From assembly GCA_004764695.1 (NCBI GenBank), contig SMSO01000031.1, forward strand, positions 6,430,761-6,494,760: DNA of 64,000 bases, read 5' to 3'. Shown here in pieces: positions 43,899 to 58,210 of the stretch. Numbering within the stretch: position 1 is the first letter of the stretch; the number at the start of each line of letters is the position of its first letter. A program made the translations under genes and the position numbers. Under the pieces are notes generated by a model. That model did not search any database. It had not been told where the DNA came from and worked only from the letters and a program-made list of their open reading frames with translations. The DNA is from Schizochytrium sp. TIO01 (lineage: Eukaryota; Protista; Bigyra: Labyrinthulomycetes).

Positions 43899-44949
43899 CT
43901 AATTGGCACTATCCAGGATGTTCACGTATATGGGTGCAAATTTGCAAAATAGTTTTAGGATCAATGGATTCTTTAAATTGGTCATTCGCGCATCGAGTTC
44001 TGTTGCTTTTCTTAAAGCGTCAGCTTTCAAGCCTCGTTGATAAAGAGCCTGTACATGCACAAGGTTAGCTTCAAGGCCTAGATCAAGCGATAGATAGATT
44101 TGGTGCATTTCGTAATATACTTCAGCAAGAAGTACCGCTTCTTCAGCATTGTCATAAGAGCTGGTCAGAATCCATGATGAGGCGAGGCAATTCAACGTAA
44201 TCATTGTGTCATTGTATTCCTGCCGGAGGACTCTCTTATGGCTTTCTCGAATACGTTTTTCGCTAATGAGCCATCTGGGTAGATTGGCGACGCACATACG
44301 CGAATGTGGGTCGATGAGTAGTTTCATCACCCCCTTGCATGTAGACTCAAAAATGTTACCTGCGAGAGTGCGGAATTGGCCATGCATCATAGCATCCATG
44401 CCCACATTACTGATAAAATCAATGGCGCGTGTTAGCACATGAGGATATTTTGCCATTTAAGTGTAATGGGCATCGTTTATTCTTACGGGTGTGATAGTTG
44501 CAATGGTTTGCATCCAATCAGAGAAGGGTGGTACCATGGAGGGAGTTTTTCGAGAGGTGTCTGATTCCCTATAAGCTCTTGCATCTTACTACGAAATTGA
44601 GATTTAAAGTTGAAAAATAGACGTATGATACGATTGGTTTGGCCATACTTGATACCAATGCCCATTGTAGCGATAATAAAAGCCATCACTAGAGGCGACG
44701 CGGGCTTTTTTTCAAAGCCTTCGAAGGCGCGGGAGAGCTCTTCGTTCATTCTTGGTGATAATTCTGAATTATTATCGACGGCCCTGGGCTGCTGGTCAAC
44801 GGCCTCCGTTTTTGAGTTCCCTGGGCATCACTTCCATATTCTACCTTGATGTGCACCAGTGGAGGCGCTAGCATCTCGCCGTAGTCTCTCTTGAGGACAG
44901 GCGGTAGCGGCGCCTCATCAAAACGATCTTTTGAATTGGAAGAACTCAT
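43899..44949 (-). pseudogene. Fragmented coding-like sequence (three consecutive ORFs, helical/TPR-like C-terminal part)
   Basis: ORFs 44746-44949, 44483-44749 and 43899-44456 lie head to tail in different frames with stops; no family recognised. Confidence 0.35.
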
Positions 44950-45185
44950 TGATTAGGGTTTTGGATGAGGGTTAACACTCCACAACCCAAAGGCTTGCGT
45001 TTACATATATGCAATACACTAGGGATCACGGCGCTAACACATCCCTGAAATATTAAGACTCAAAACAAATTCAACGTTTTTAATTTTTCTTAACCACCCT
45101 GTTATTCTGCGTCGCTTATTGTGCCAAATGGATAAATCGATGGTCCCCCCAAAAAGTGCCCGCAAGATTATCATGACCATCATCA

Positions 45186-46390
45186 ATGGCAAAAAAATGG
45201 CATGGACTTCGTAGAGAAGTGTATGTGTTTTACTATGGACTAAATAATTCTGAAGAAGTAGCAAGTAGAATTCCTGGTCAAGAGCACGGCAGAGACTTGT
45301 TGAAGACGGTGCTTGGCAACCTGGAGAAAATCATTGAGCCTTCAAAAGTGTCTGAGGGGCTCCACGGGGCCTGCAGCTACATTCGAACACTCCAAAAGTA
45401 ATTCACCTAACTCGCATCGCGCGAAATTGCTCTTTTGTTGGAGTTCTTGCTCAGACTAGGAATGATAAGGCGCGGAGCGCGCAATTTTGTGAATATTGAG
45501 GTTTTACAGGCCTTGCTGAGCACCCGGGCAGCCTGTAATGAAAATAGATGCTGGTAAATAGACTTCCTCAATTTTTCGCCCATAACATGAGTGGACGAGC
45601 TACCATTCCAGGCGAAGGAATGAGTGAGCGCACTGTCCCTCTGCATGGAGTACACGCCTGGATGAATGAGCGCCAGCAAATCGGATCCTTTGTTGGTACA
45701 AGGTCGACTACAACTCAGGAGCGCAATGCTGTGGCACAGGAGATGAAAGAGAGATTCGAAGAACGAGGCGAAAAGCTTGTTATTGCTTGTTTAGATAAAT
45801 GTTGTAAAGATAGTTTGTGGATCCTTCAACATTTTCCTGATGTCACTCCGATTCTTGACAATGCGCACCTTATAAGTCGATACTTCAAGCCACTCAAAAA
45901 TAAGCCTGAAATGACCGAGGCTATTGAGAAATTTGAAGGGACCTTTCCAAAGCTATAACAGGTACTTCTCAAAGGCAAAAAGGTGTCGAAATTTATTTTT
46001 AAAAAAATCGAAAAAGTCATCGATGACCTCGAGACGATGGTGGATGTTTCACTTGATAAACGGATAGTCACAGAGGATTTACTGAAGGCTCACAGTGATC
46101 AATGATGCCACAATACTTAGTCTAGTGGATAAACCCCAGTGGCTAACCAAGCACTACGTTGTTTATTAGAACGGCCCTAGCGAAGATAGATATCCTGATA
46201 ATTAGCACGTATTCTAAGCCTGGAAAAGAAAGAACCCAACGCCAAAGATAAGATAAAAATGGAAATGATACGCTTAAAATTTAATCGTACAGAGCGACGG
46301 GAACTCATGGGCGGTCTCGACGCTGACTGGGTCGAGGCCCTCCAGGACGCTCGCTTACAACTATGCATCGATGTCTATTTTCATCGCGTC
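45186..46390 (+). mobile_element. Degenerate DNA transposase remnant ((C/D)xxH-type)
   Basis: 45548-45958 encodes WMNERQQIGSFVGT...CLDKCC...HFPDVTPILDNAHLISRY, resembling the FP...D-x-x-H core of ISL3/Mutator-related transposases. Flanking frames are broken by stops and shifts; no TIRs identified. Confidence 0.5.
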
Positions 46391-46779
46391 GATCAAGACA
46401 TACATACCCAGGAAAAATTAAAACAAAAGATAAAGTAAACCAAATAGAAAAAAAACATATTAAAAAAAACCAAAAAAATCGATCAACAAACCCTTAATGG
46501 TGAAGCCAACAAAACAAAATGAATGGCCTCCCTTTGTTTTTCGAGGGGGAGATAGCGCCTTCGTTTGACCCCATAGTGTTTTAAGCAAAGGTCGAGTCCC
46601 AAGTATTTCTCATGATAGACAACGATTACCAAGCTCATATAATCGTATCTTTCAGTAGCCAAGATGAGTGAAACTCGACTTATTTACTCGACACCGATCT
46701 ATTTGCGATTTCGATCGCAAATCCGCTCAAAAATTACAATACAAAGATATGTTTGACTCATTAAACCAAATAGAACTGT

Positions 46780-49700
46780 TTACATTGTCTTGCGAATTGA
46801 CTTGTCCAAGAATTCCTTTGTCTTACTTTGAGCCATTTTACGCGAAAGCTGTCCAACTGGGTGCGACGTTGCATCCCCACCAACAGCGCCACTTGCTGCT
46901 ACTCCAGATTTTCCCTGGGCACCCGCGGTACCACCCCCTTGAGAGGCAGTAAAACGCTGAAAATCTTCTTGGTCCTCCTGCGGTAACAATTTAACTGCAT
47001 TCGATGCCAAATGGCCCACTGTAAGAGCAGCTTTGTATTGGAGTTCCTCATCCGTAGATCGAGCTCGGGCCAGACGCAAAAGAGCCTGGATGCCTCCTTC
47101 GCTTGCAATTTTGATGTGATTCTCATAATTGTCGGCGAGTTTGAGAAGCGCCAGACCAGCATAATGGCGCGGTTCTGCCTGCGTTGACATCATGGCCACC
47201 AGTGGACGTAAGGCACCAGCATCAACCAACTTGACCTGCAAGTCTCGGTTAGAAGAAAGGTGGGCAAGGGAAAATGCAGCATACTCTTGAACCTCCACGT
47301 CTTCAATGGAAGCATACTCAATGATAACATCCATTGCGCCATCACGAACAAGATCGTCATGGTACACCATATTTTCAGCCAATAATGCAAAGACGTAGGC
47401 ACAATTGCGTTTAATTTCAATGTCGCCATTAGCCGCTTGTGAAAGAACTGTGACAAGTCCTCCTTGCTCCATAATGCGAGCTTTAACTTCATCAGTTTCA
47501 CAACAGCAACCTACACAATAAAGAGCGGTGCGAACACACATGATATCACGAGAATTTGCTACCATGGAGAGGATAGGCATGATGCCCTTCTCCTGGGCAA
47601 TCGACATTTTCGTGACTGCATGCTTACCAAGAGCCAAAGCAGTAAGCCCAAGTATAGCGGAGCGCTGGACTTGCACATCAGGAAACCGAACAAGATCAAC
47701 CAAGGGGCTAACTGCACCTTCTTCCACCAAGCGAATTTTATTATCGCCATGGTCTCCCAGACCAAGCCCAGCAATTGCCAAGGCTGCGTAACGTTGTACT
47801 TCTGCATCGGGGAATCTCGCCAAAAAAAGAAGCGGCCGTGCCGCGCCTTGCTCAACAATCTCAACCTTGTCATCTCCAGCAGCCAAGTTACATAATGCCA
47901 AAGTCGCAAAGCGTTGCGTTGCAATATCAAGAGAGCGAGCCATTGCAAACAACGTAGGTAAAGCTCCCTTCTTTATGAGTAGTGGCTTGAGCTCCCCTGG
48001 TACAGATATGCAAGCAAGAGCACGTGCACAGTCACGCTGTACACGCGCATCCTCGCCTAGTCCAACTTCAGAGAGCACCTCAATACCACCCTCGCGTGCA
48101 ATGTCGACGTGGTATTCTGGTGAGTCTGCAATGTTTGCCATTGCAAATGCACAGTCTCTTTGAACTTCCAGATCTTTAAATTGCATGCAAGCTAAGATTT
48201 GTCCAAGACCTCCTTCTCTAACAAGTTTTGTTTTGTTCTCCTCGTTAAGTGAGAAACTTGCGAGAGCAGCAGATGCAGTGCGCTGATAGTCAAGAAGAGG
48301 AGATTGTGCCAATGCCAGAAAAGGTTTGAGTAAGCCTTCTTTGACAATAAATACACGAATCTGCGCGTTTGTAGAGAGAAATCGTAAGCCCATAGCTGCG
48401 TACCGCTGGCAAACAGTATCAGAAGAGTTCGTCAGCTTAATCAATGCTCGTAGAGCTCCTTGTTTGTAAGCCTTGATATTGTTTTCTTCATTGCTCGTCA
48501 AATTTGCGAAGCATCGAGCGACATCTTGTTGCATTTCGTCATTGTTCACATGAGCTAACTCAACAAGATGAGGAACAGCACCATCTTCTACAATAATGAC
48601 TTGATTCTCTAAATCTTCACTCAGATTTGCAAGTAACCCAGCACATTGAAGTCTGAGATTGAGGTTAAGTGATCCACAGCAACGCAAGACTGGTGGAAGA
48701 CCTCCTTCCTGAATTATCATCTTCTTGATTAGCTTATGCTGCGAAAGATGACGCAGCGAGGCTACAGCTAGAGTACGTAACTCTAATGAATCATCTCGCG
48801 CAAGTTTGATGAGCGCATGAACACCACCTTCCTCAGCATACTTTTGCCTATGATCTGGGTTAGCAGCAAGATCACGCATAGCTGTTGCAGCTTGACGCTG
48901 AATCTTGATATCTTGCACCTGAGTGAGGTAAAAGAGTGACTGTAAACCACCCTTGTTGATGATGTTGGCGTGTGACTCTATATTTGGAGCAAGTTTTCGA
49001 AATGCCAGAGCAGAGTTATATAAGCACTCTGTATCCTGTGACAATGCTAAGTGCACAAGTCCTGTAATGCCACTTTGAATGATGCTATTGTGGTTATCAA
49101 ACGAGGTAAGCAAGTTTGCAATAGCACGAGATGCCTCCCGGTGGACGCTAATGCTAACATGATGCATCAAACCAATCATAAACTCGCCACCGCCACGCTC
49201 GGCAATGTATTTATGAGTATCAGTATCTTCTGCAATGTTAGCAATGGCACCGCAAGCCTGCCGAGCAATTTCTTCATCTGGAGATTGTGCAAGTTTGATC
49301 ATGACAGGTAGGACTTCGCTAGCAGCAATTGCTGGTTTGTTTTCGTCAGATAACGAAAGGTTACTCAGCGTTGCCGCTACCTCCCTTTGGATTTCAATTG
49401 GGCACTCATCTCCCTTTGCATTAACAGCCGCTGCCAAGGGTCCCAAGACACGGTTTTTCACTAATAAACCTCGATTGGCTGCGTTGGTGGCAAGCCGCCG
49501 CAAGGCCGCAAGAGCTAAGCATCTGGCGTTTTCATCCTCCGAGTGAGCAAGAGCAATAAGAGGAGGAATCGCTCCACATTTGCCAAGCTTATCATGCACC
49601 TCGGCGTTGGAGGACATATTTGCTAACGCAAATGCTGCATACTGTACAACATCATCGTCGCCACACTTTGTCAATGCCACGAGACGATCTAAGCAGCCTT

Positions 49701-52700
49701 TACTTAACAGGATACTGTGATTCTCCTCGTTTGCACTAATATTGGTCAGGGCCATGGCTGCGTACCGAAGTATATCGACGTCAACAATCTCGATAGAATC
49801 ATCGTCCCCAATATTTTCCTCACTAGCTTTGGCCTTAGCAATGCCTGCTTCTGTACCACGGATGATAGGTCCTAATCCGCCATGAACAATCACTTGTACC
49901 TGGGTGCCACGGTCGCATGCAAGGTTGCAAAGACCAATCAGTCCATACCGCTTGCAATCCATATCCTCATCTTTAGCTACTAAAACCATGGCCTGAAGTC
50001 CACCGCCCTTTGTTGCGTCAGCTCTCGTTTTGGCATTGGCAGCCAAATTACACAAAGTCATTGCAGCGTAACGGCGGCAGTCTACATCTTGGCTTTGGGC
50101 GAGCTGCACCAATGGCATTGTACCTCGGTTTTTGATGATCATTTCATGGTTTGATTGAACACATGAAAGATTGTACATTGCAAGAGCTGAACTTCTTTGG
50201 CACTCGAGTCGCGAAGAGTTGGCTAATTGTACTAAAGGTTGGAGCCCCCCAGCTTCAACAATTCGACGTCTATTCGCACTATGTACACTGAGGTTGCACA
50301 AACACATCCCACAGTAACGCTGTGTTTCGAGATCTGAAGTTGCCGTACTCCGAATGCCGTCAATAAGAGGGCCAAGTGCGCCTACATCAGCAATTAAGGC
50401 CTGGTTATCAGGATTCTCTGCAAGATTACAAAGAGTCATGGCTGCATATCGCTTACTTTGTGTAGATCCATCACGTAGAACGGCAACCAATGGGCCTAGA
50501 CCATTTGCGTTCACAATAATACCTTGATTTTGTAGATCACTAGCCAAGTTACACAGCGCCATGCAGGCAGAGACCCGGCAATCATCCAGTTGTTCAGCCC
50601 CAAGTAGACCAATCAAAGCAGGGACGCCATTCGCATCGGTGATTCGGCCTTGGTTTTCTGTTGCAGCTGCCAAACGATAAAGTGCTCTTGCTGCATAGTG
50701 CCGACAATCAAGATTTACACTAGAACACAAGTGGACTAAGGGCGGAATTCCACCACACTTGGCAATAGTAGCTTGGTTTTGGTGGTTGATTGCTAAATTT
50801 CCAACTGCCATGGATGCATACCGAGCTGTTTCATCGGAGGAAGACCAACAGAGCTGCAGGAGACTCTTAATGTCGTCTTTAATGTACACATCCGCCTGGT
50901 TGTGTGCATTAGCAGTAAGACTGGCATGCGCACGCGCTGCCCCTTCTCGAACACCTTCGTTCTGAGACCTACTCATATGCAGTAAAGCTAGCAAACCATC
51001 CTCTTCCACAATACTGAGCTGGTTGTCGGGGTTTTCAGCCATGTTTGCCAACGTCTCAGCAATTTGGGTCATGAGATCAATATTTTTTGCCATGCGCGCA
51101 GATTCAACAAGTGCAACGAGCCCTCCCATTTCGGTAATTTGACGCTTGATTCTGTCGTTCAGAGACATATGTCTTAATGCAGCAGTTGCAAGACATGATA
51201 ATTCTACTGCAAAGAGATTCTTTGACACACCTTCATCGTTTACTTCGCGGGGGATTTCAGGGTCATCTTTGAGGCTCTTCTCTCGATGCTTTTCTTGATC
51301 AAATCGCATCTTTACAATAACTTCATTGGCTTGGACCAGCGCGTCGATCATAATCTTGAGCCCACCTTCGCGAAAAAGAGTCCATTTTAAATCAGGATTT
51401 GTGGCCACGTCTCGAAGGGCAGACATTGCGTGCATTTTGATGATAGGCTCTTCAGCATTCAGAATCAGATTGAATAGAGGTTTCAATCCCGCAGAGGTAC
51501 AAATTTCCATGTGAGTACGAACATTGGGGGTAAGTTTTCGATAACAGAGAGCTGCATGGAGCTGACACTGTAAATCTTCCGATCTGGCAACTCGAAAAAC
51601 GGAAGGCAAGCCATCCTCATCTAAAAAGGTCTTGTGCGTAATGTCCATAGAGCCTAGCAAATTACCAATCGCACGGGATGCTTCACGATATACTTCTACT
51701 TTTCGTGACCGCATAAGTACAGAAAGAAAATGAATGCCTTGTTCCTCAGTCATGACTGAATGCGTCTCAGGGTCCTCCAAAATGTTCGCAAGAGCACCAC
51801 ATGCTTGGCGAGATACTTCAACATCGATGCTCTGTGCTAGAGTAAGAAGGGCCCGCAAACAATCCAAGTTAGAACGTTTAGTTCGCAATCCAGAGAGAGC
51901 AAGTTTTGCGTCATCGGAGACACTAAGGTTACAAAGCGCAGCCGCAACTTCTCGTTGAATCTCGATATCGGTACTTCCACCTGCTTCTGCAAAAGCAGGG
52001 AATAAGCGCGATTTCAATTCGAGAGCCTCCTCTCGATTTCTATCATCGTTGAGAATTCGTCGAAGAGCTGAGATTGCCTGACAGCGTGCTTGACCAGAAG
52101 GTGCCTTTTGAGCAATCGTAATGAGCGGAGCCATAGCTCCTGCACGGCCAATTGTCTCGAGCAACGCATCATTCTTGGCAAGTTTGCCAATAGCGAAGGC
52201 GGCATTGAAATGTGTTTCTGGGTCATCAACTACACCCGGTCGCCCTAAAGCAACTACCAGAGGTGCTAATGCTTCGCATTCTAGTATGTGCTCGTGGTTT
52301 ATTGGATTCGCAGCAAGATTACCGAGTGCTAGCGTTGCATATCTGCGCGCTTCCATATCATCACGCTCCGTATCAACACGGCCTAGCTCATCGACAGAAA
52401 TACATACTAAGGCAGTCAATGCCCGAATGGCACCGCCGTGTTCCGGGCTGCCCTCTTCACCTACTTCTCGCTCAACCACTTGGTCATGGAATTTAGGCCG
52501 AGTGGTAAGATTCATAATACCAAGAGCACCAAGACGCTGCGTTACCACGTCACTGTCATGGCACATGGCTCTAACAAAGGCGAAGTGAGCCCCGTCCTTA
52601 ATAAGCTGCTCTTGCATCTGGAAGTCCGCTGCAAGGTTAGCTAAGGCACGGGTGGCTTCACGATGTACTCCAGACATTTTCACAGCTCGCCGTGATGTCA

Positions 52701-55700
52701 AAGCGCACAAGAATCCCACACCCTCCAGTGTTACAATCAATTCATGTGTTGTGTTATTTTCGGCCATATTTGCAATGCATCCACAACAATAGCGAACTAC
52801 ATCTTCCTCACCTGATTTGCATAGGCGAATGAGCTCTGGCAAGAGCTCGTTTTGCGCAATGTCAAGTTTAGTCGTCTCGTTCATAGCTAAATTAAATGCA
52901 CAAGCTGCAAGCTCGCGCCAGATGATGAGGTCCTTTGTGCGGGCGCCCATCAATAAAGCTTCCAGGCCTCCTTCTTGCACAATACGCTCGCGTGAATCTG
53001 GAGAGGCAGCCAATCCACGTAAGGTAGCGATAGCTGCTCGCATGTCGTCAATATCTTCTGAACAAGCCAACGCAATTAAAGGAGGCAAACCACCTTCTGC
53101 AACTACAGCAGGCCGGTTCTCTTCTTTGGAGGCAAGGTTGCACAAAGCATAACCAATTGCGCGCTGAGTTTCTAAATCTGCAGAGTTTGAAACTGTAATC
53201 AAAGGAGCTAATGCACCTTGCTGCATCATACTATCATGGTGCTCTTCTGCGCTTGCAATATTACCCAAAGCTACTGCTCCAAATAAACGATATGTAGTAT
53301 CTGCAGAACAGAGAAATGAAACCAAGCCTGCCACATTGAGCGCTCTTGCTACTGTTGCATGCTGGTCACCAATGCATCCAGAAAGAGAAAGATTGCAGAG
53401 ACATGCTAAAACTTCGTGCTGCACAGCGACATTTTCAGACTTGGCAAGTTCAAGAAGCGGATCAAGCCCCCCTTCTTCAATAATCATGTTGCGAATTATA
53501 GGATCACATGCTAATCCACGTAACGCAGCTGTGGATCTTAGCTGAGCTTCTGCGTCCTCAACACCAAGCAAGAAAACAAGAGGCTCAATTACGCTTTCTT
53601 CCATAAGAAGCTGGTGGTTTTCTGCAGACGCTGCAAAGTTTGCAATACCAAAGGCGGCTGCATTACGAACCTCAACATCATCATGCTCCATCAACTCTGT
53701 TAACAATGGCAGAACCCCTCTTTGAATAAGCGGTGGATGGTTGCTTCGCGTACAAGACAAATTACAAAGGCCAAACACAGCATACCGCTGACATTCCAAA
53801 TCACCGTTTCCAAAGCCTGCGAGGTGGAACCATAGAGTCGAGACCGCCTTCTTGAAGAATGCGCGGCTGATTTGCAACGTGCGTCGCCAAGTTAGAAATA
53901 CCCATGGCTGCGTATCTTTGACTCATAACATCAGGTGAAGCTAGTGCAGCTGTGAGAGGAGGAAGTGCACCACCCGAGGCGATTTCGGAGGTGTGAGCAT
54001 ATTCTGCTGAAAGGTTAGCAATTGCACGGGCTGCTTCGCGCTGGACAGCAATAGATTTAGAACGAAGCACAAATTTCAGATGCTGCAAAACACCAGCTTC
54101 TACCATCGAACCTTGGTTTTCGGTGACTTCTGCAAGATTGGCAAGTACACCACAGGCTTGATGAGCAACTTCCATGTCTCCTGAATGCCCAAAGGTAACA
54201 AGCACTGACAATACACCGGCTCGAACAATACTTAGCTTATTTTCCTCAGAAAGGGAAAGATTTCGTAATGCAGCTGCGACCTCTCGAAGCACCTCAACGT
54301 TTGCGGTGGATCCAAGCTTTATGAGTGGTACAAGGGCTCCCAGTGCAACCAGTTTGACACGATTGGCTGCATTGAGAGCAAGGTGTCGCATTGCAATGAC
54401 CGCGTGCAGATGGGTATCTGCATCTTCTTGCATTGCTAGGCTAACAAGAGGCTGCACTAGTCCAACACGTTCGCCAATGACGTGCGACGCCTCATTGGCG
54501 CACAAACATTCAAGTGCAAACGCTACACACCTGCGGGTTTCAACATCCTCAGATTGTGCGACGTTTACAAGAGCAGGGAGAGTTCCATGTTCGATAAGAT
54601 CGACATGGTTTGAGTGTTGAATAGCGAGATTTGACAGTCCTAGCGCACCATATCTCTGACACTTCATATCCTTACTTCTAACGAAAGCCATGATTTGAGC
54701 AAGTCCGCCACAGGCAATGACATCACGCTGTGAATCCTGATTTGAGGTAAATAATGCAATGCAACGAGCTACCTCGCGACGAATCTCTGCCAGTTCTGAA
54801 CCTGCAACTTTCATCAAGGCTGCCAAAACTCCTTCATCGATCATTGTGCGTTGGGTTCGACCTTCCACCATCTCTGCAATGTTTCCGATTGCAATTAAAG
54901 CATAGCGTTCTCTCTCGCGATCTCCAGATTGCACAAGCTGAATCAACGCTGGCAAACAGCCAGATCGACCAACAGCAATCTTATTTTCCTCGTTTAAAGT
55001 GAGGTTACATAGTGCGGCTGCAGCCTCGCGCTGGGTCTCAATATTATCCGCTTGAGCGGCAAGAATCAAAGGTTCTACTCCTCCATTTCGGACAATGGCT
55101 AATCGCACATCAGCATTCACAGCAAGGCCTCGAAGGGTAGCCACAGCTTGAAACTGAACATTTTCATCTCCAGGAAATGCAAAGGAAATGATAGGCTTAA
55201 GGCATCCTCCTGCAACAATAGTGTCAAGGTTGGCCGGACTAGAAGCAAAATTGCCTAAAGCGTATATGGCATGCTGACGGCATACCACATCGCGGGACTT
55301 GCTAAAACCGACGACAAGGTCAAGTGTTCCGGAATTGATGAGATAATCGTGATTTTCTGGTGAAACTGCCAGATTTGCAAGACAAAGTAACGCATAGCGC
55401 TCCGTCTCAGAATCAGATGTACTATTAGGATCAAGTCCCTTACTTGCCATATTAATCATTGGTTCAACGATCTCCATATGTACTAGCTTTGGCTGCAGTT
55501 TAACGTTGGTAGAGAGATTAGCAAGAGCCATAGAAGCCATCCGCTGACACCCGATGTCATCATGCCGGAGCATAAGTACCAGACAATCGACTACACCTCC
55601 TCGAAACATTTCCTCGCCATACTCGCAATTTGCTGCTAGGTTACCAAGGCACCGGGCTGCCTCACGGTTAGTCTGAGGCGCATCGATCTGAAGCGCACGG

Positions 55701-58210
55701 ATTAATGGAGCAATAGCCCCTTTGTTGATAATCAGCGCTTGGTTCTCTACTTCCTCCGCAAGATTTGCCAAGGTACAGCATGCCTGTCGCGAAACTTCAT
55801 GATCTTCAGAAACATCGCACAACGCAATAAGTGGTTCAAGACCTCCATGGCGACAAATTTCCATTTTATTTGCATCAGCAAATGAGAGCGTGCACAGAGC
55901 AGGTAGAACCTCACAATGGATTTCAGCATCGTTGGTTCTGGCAAGGAAAAGTACCGGCTCTAATCCACCCTCGTCTGTGATCTTTTTTCGAATTTCAGCA
56001 TTATGTGCCATTCGAACTAAGGCAAACGCAGCATATTGACGAACTTCCGGGTCCGGAGAGCTGGACAGGGAGATAAGCAGTGGCAGAGCTCCCTCTTCCA
56101 CGAGTTGGACATGGTTATCCACACAAGATGCTAAGTTAGCAGTTGCCAATACAGCAAAGCGTTGAATCTCCAATTCTAGATCTTCTGAACGGGATAGTGA
56201 CATTAGAGGCTCGAGAGCGCCAGACTGCATGAGAACCTTCCGGTGATTCTCGCTTGTTGACAAGTTACCGATACCCATTGCGCCCACACGTTGTGATGCT
56301 GTATCTGGCGACAAAAGATATGAGATAAGAACCTGGTGACCACCGCCCTCGATGATACGATCCTGGTTATCGCTGTTTGCTGCAAGGTTAGCTACTGCAC
56401 GTCCTGCCTCACGTTGTACTTCTACATATGGTGAGCGCAGGGCTTGGATCAGCTTCTCAACAGCATTTTCATGACCTAGTTTAACTTGGTTCTCTGGGAT
56501 TTCGGCTACATTTGCAAGAGCAGCACAAGCCTGACGGGAGACTTCCATATCTTCATTGAGAGCCAATTGAATAAGAGGGGGCAAAGCACCACTTTTTGCC
56601 ATTTCAAATTTGGTTTCGTCTGATATACTTAAATTACACAGAGCTGCAACAACCTCTCTGAGAACCTCCACATCACGTGATTTCATCAACAAAACTAAAG
56701 GTTCAAGGCCTCCTTCCTGAACAACCTTCATTTTGTTTGTATCATTCACAGACAAACCCCGGATGGCTGCTGCCGCTTGATGATGTACATCAGGGTCTCG
56801 AGAGTAGCAAAGAGTGATGAGAGGCTGCAAACCACCCATCTCTACAATAACTTCATGGTTTCGTGAATTTGATGATAAGTTGGCTAACGCATAAGCCACG
56901 TAGTATTGGCTCATAACATCAGCAGCATTTGAAAGTGAGTATAAAGCGGCGAGAACGCCTTCTTGTAGAAGAGCTGGATGGTTGCTGATTGTAGCTGCCA
57001 GATTTGCAATACATAGCACAGAGTACCGACGTGCTTCGATCTCACGGTCTGGACTACCGGCAAGTTCTATCAGGGGAGCCACAGCACCTTCTTGAACGAT
57101 TTTCACCTGGTATGCCACATTCGTTGCTAAATTGGCAAGGCCGAGCGCACCAAAGCGCTGACAACTGATATCTTTAAAAGTCAATGCATCAATGAGCGGT
57201 CGCATGCCACCCTCACGCATAATTTGCTGTTGAATATCTCTATTGGCTGCCAGATTTGCAATAGCTCGGCAAGCTTCACCTTTGGTTGCAATATCATCAG
57301 ACACCGCAAGAGCAATCAAAGGAGGGAGGCCTGATTCGTCCAAAATCTTATCGTGTAATTCAACCATTTCTAGAAGATTTGCCATCGTGCAAACGGCTTG
57401 TTTCTCAACTTCTGCATCACCTGATAATGCTAAAGAAATGATTGTGGAAATGGCACGATCAGCAATTTCAGATTTATTCTCATCTAGCGAAGAAAGTGAG
57501 TTTAATGCAGCTCCGACTTCACGCTGGATGGCCACATCATCAGATCGTGCCATTAGAACAAGAGGGTCGAGAACGCCTTCCTTGACAATTAAGGAACGAT
57601 TTTCAGGCGATATTGCAAGCCCACGAAGAGCCGAAAGAGCTTGGCGTTGAACATTGGAGTCATCAGAGCATGCTAATTCTACCAAAGGTGCTATCGCGCC
57701 TTCTTCTACAATCTGTGCTCGATGCTTTTCGTTTGATGCCAAATTACTGATTGCAAATGCAGCATACCGACCGCATTGTATATCTTCAGCTCGCAGTAGC
57801 ATTATGAGCGCCTCTATTGCATTTAACTGAACAATTTCCTCGTGGTTAGCCGTATTAGCCGCTAAATTCCCCAACGCAAGAGCAGAGTATTGTCTTCCTA
57901 TAGTATCTCCTGCTTCATTTCCTATATATGCTATAAGAGGGCGGCAGACGCCTGCATGCACCATTTTCACCCGATTCTCCGCCGTCGAAGCCATGTTACC
58001 CAGAGCTAAGGCTGCAAATCGTTGAGTCTCCAGGTCTGCAGACTTCTCCATCAATTGGATGAGAGATGCACATCCTCCCTTCTGCACCATCCGCGTGTGG
58101 ATGTCAGGATGGGTGGACAAGTCAGCGAGTCCAAAGGCCACTTCACGCTGCTCCCGAGGTCGGCGCACTCGCCGACCTCGGGCAATCAACGTCTCAAGCA
58201 CCTTTGCCAT
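46780..58210 (-). CDS. Giant armadillo-repeat protein (Vac8-like, ~3,809 aa), split by one +1 frame break near 53826
   Basis: Dozens of ~41-aa ARM repeats (GGLxPLxxL...QRxAAxALxNL) in ORFs 53801-58210 and 46780-53877. Removing one base joins GGLDSMV|HLAGFGNGDLECQRYAVFGLCNLS into an intact repeat. Confidence 0.88.

Noticed and set aside
43650-44975. Degenerate terminal inverted repeats (ccctcatccctaa / ttaggg...gatgaggg)
   Set aside because: The match is short and gapped, shows no target-site duplication, and does not enclose the transposase fragment.
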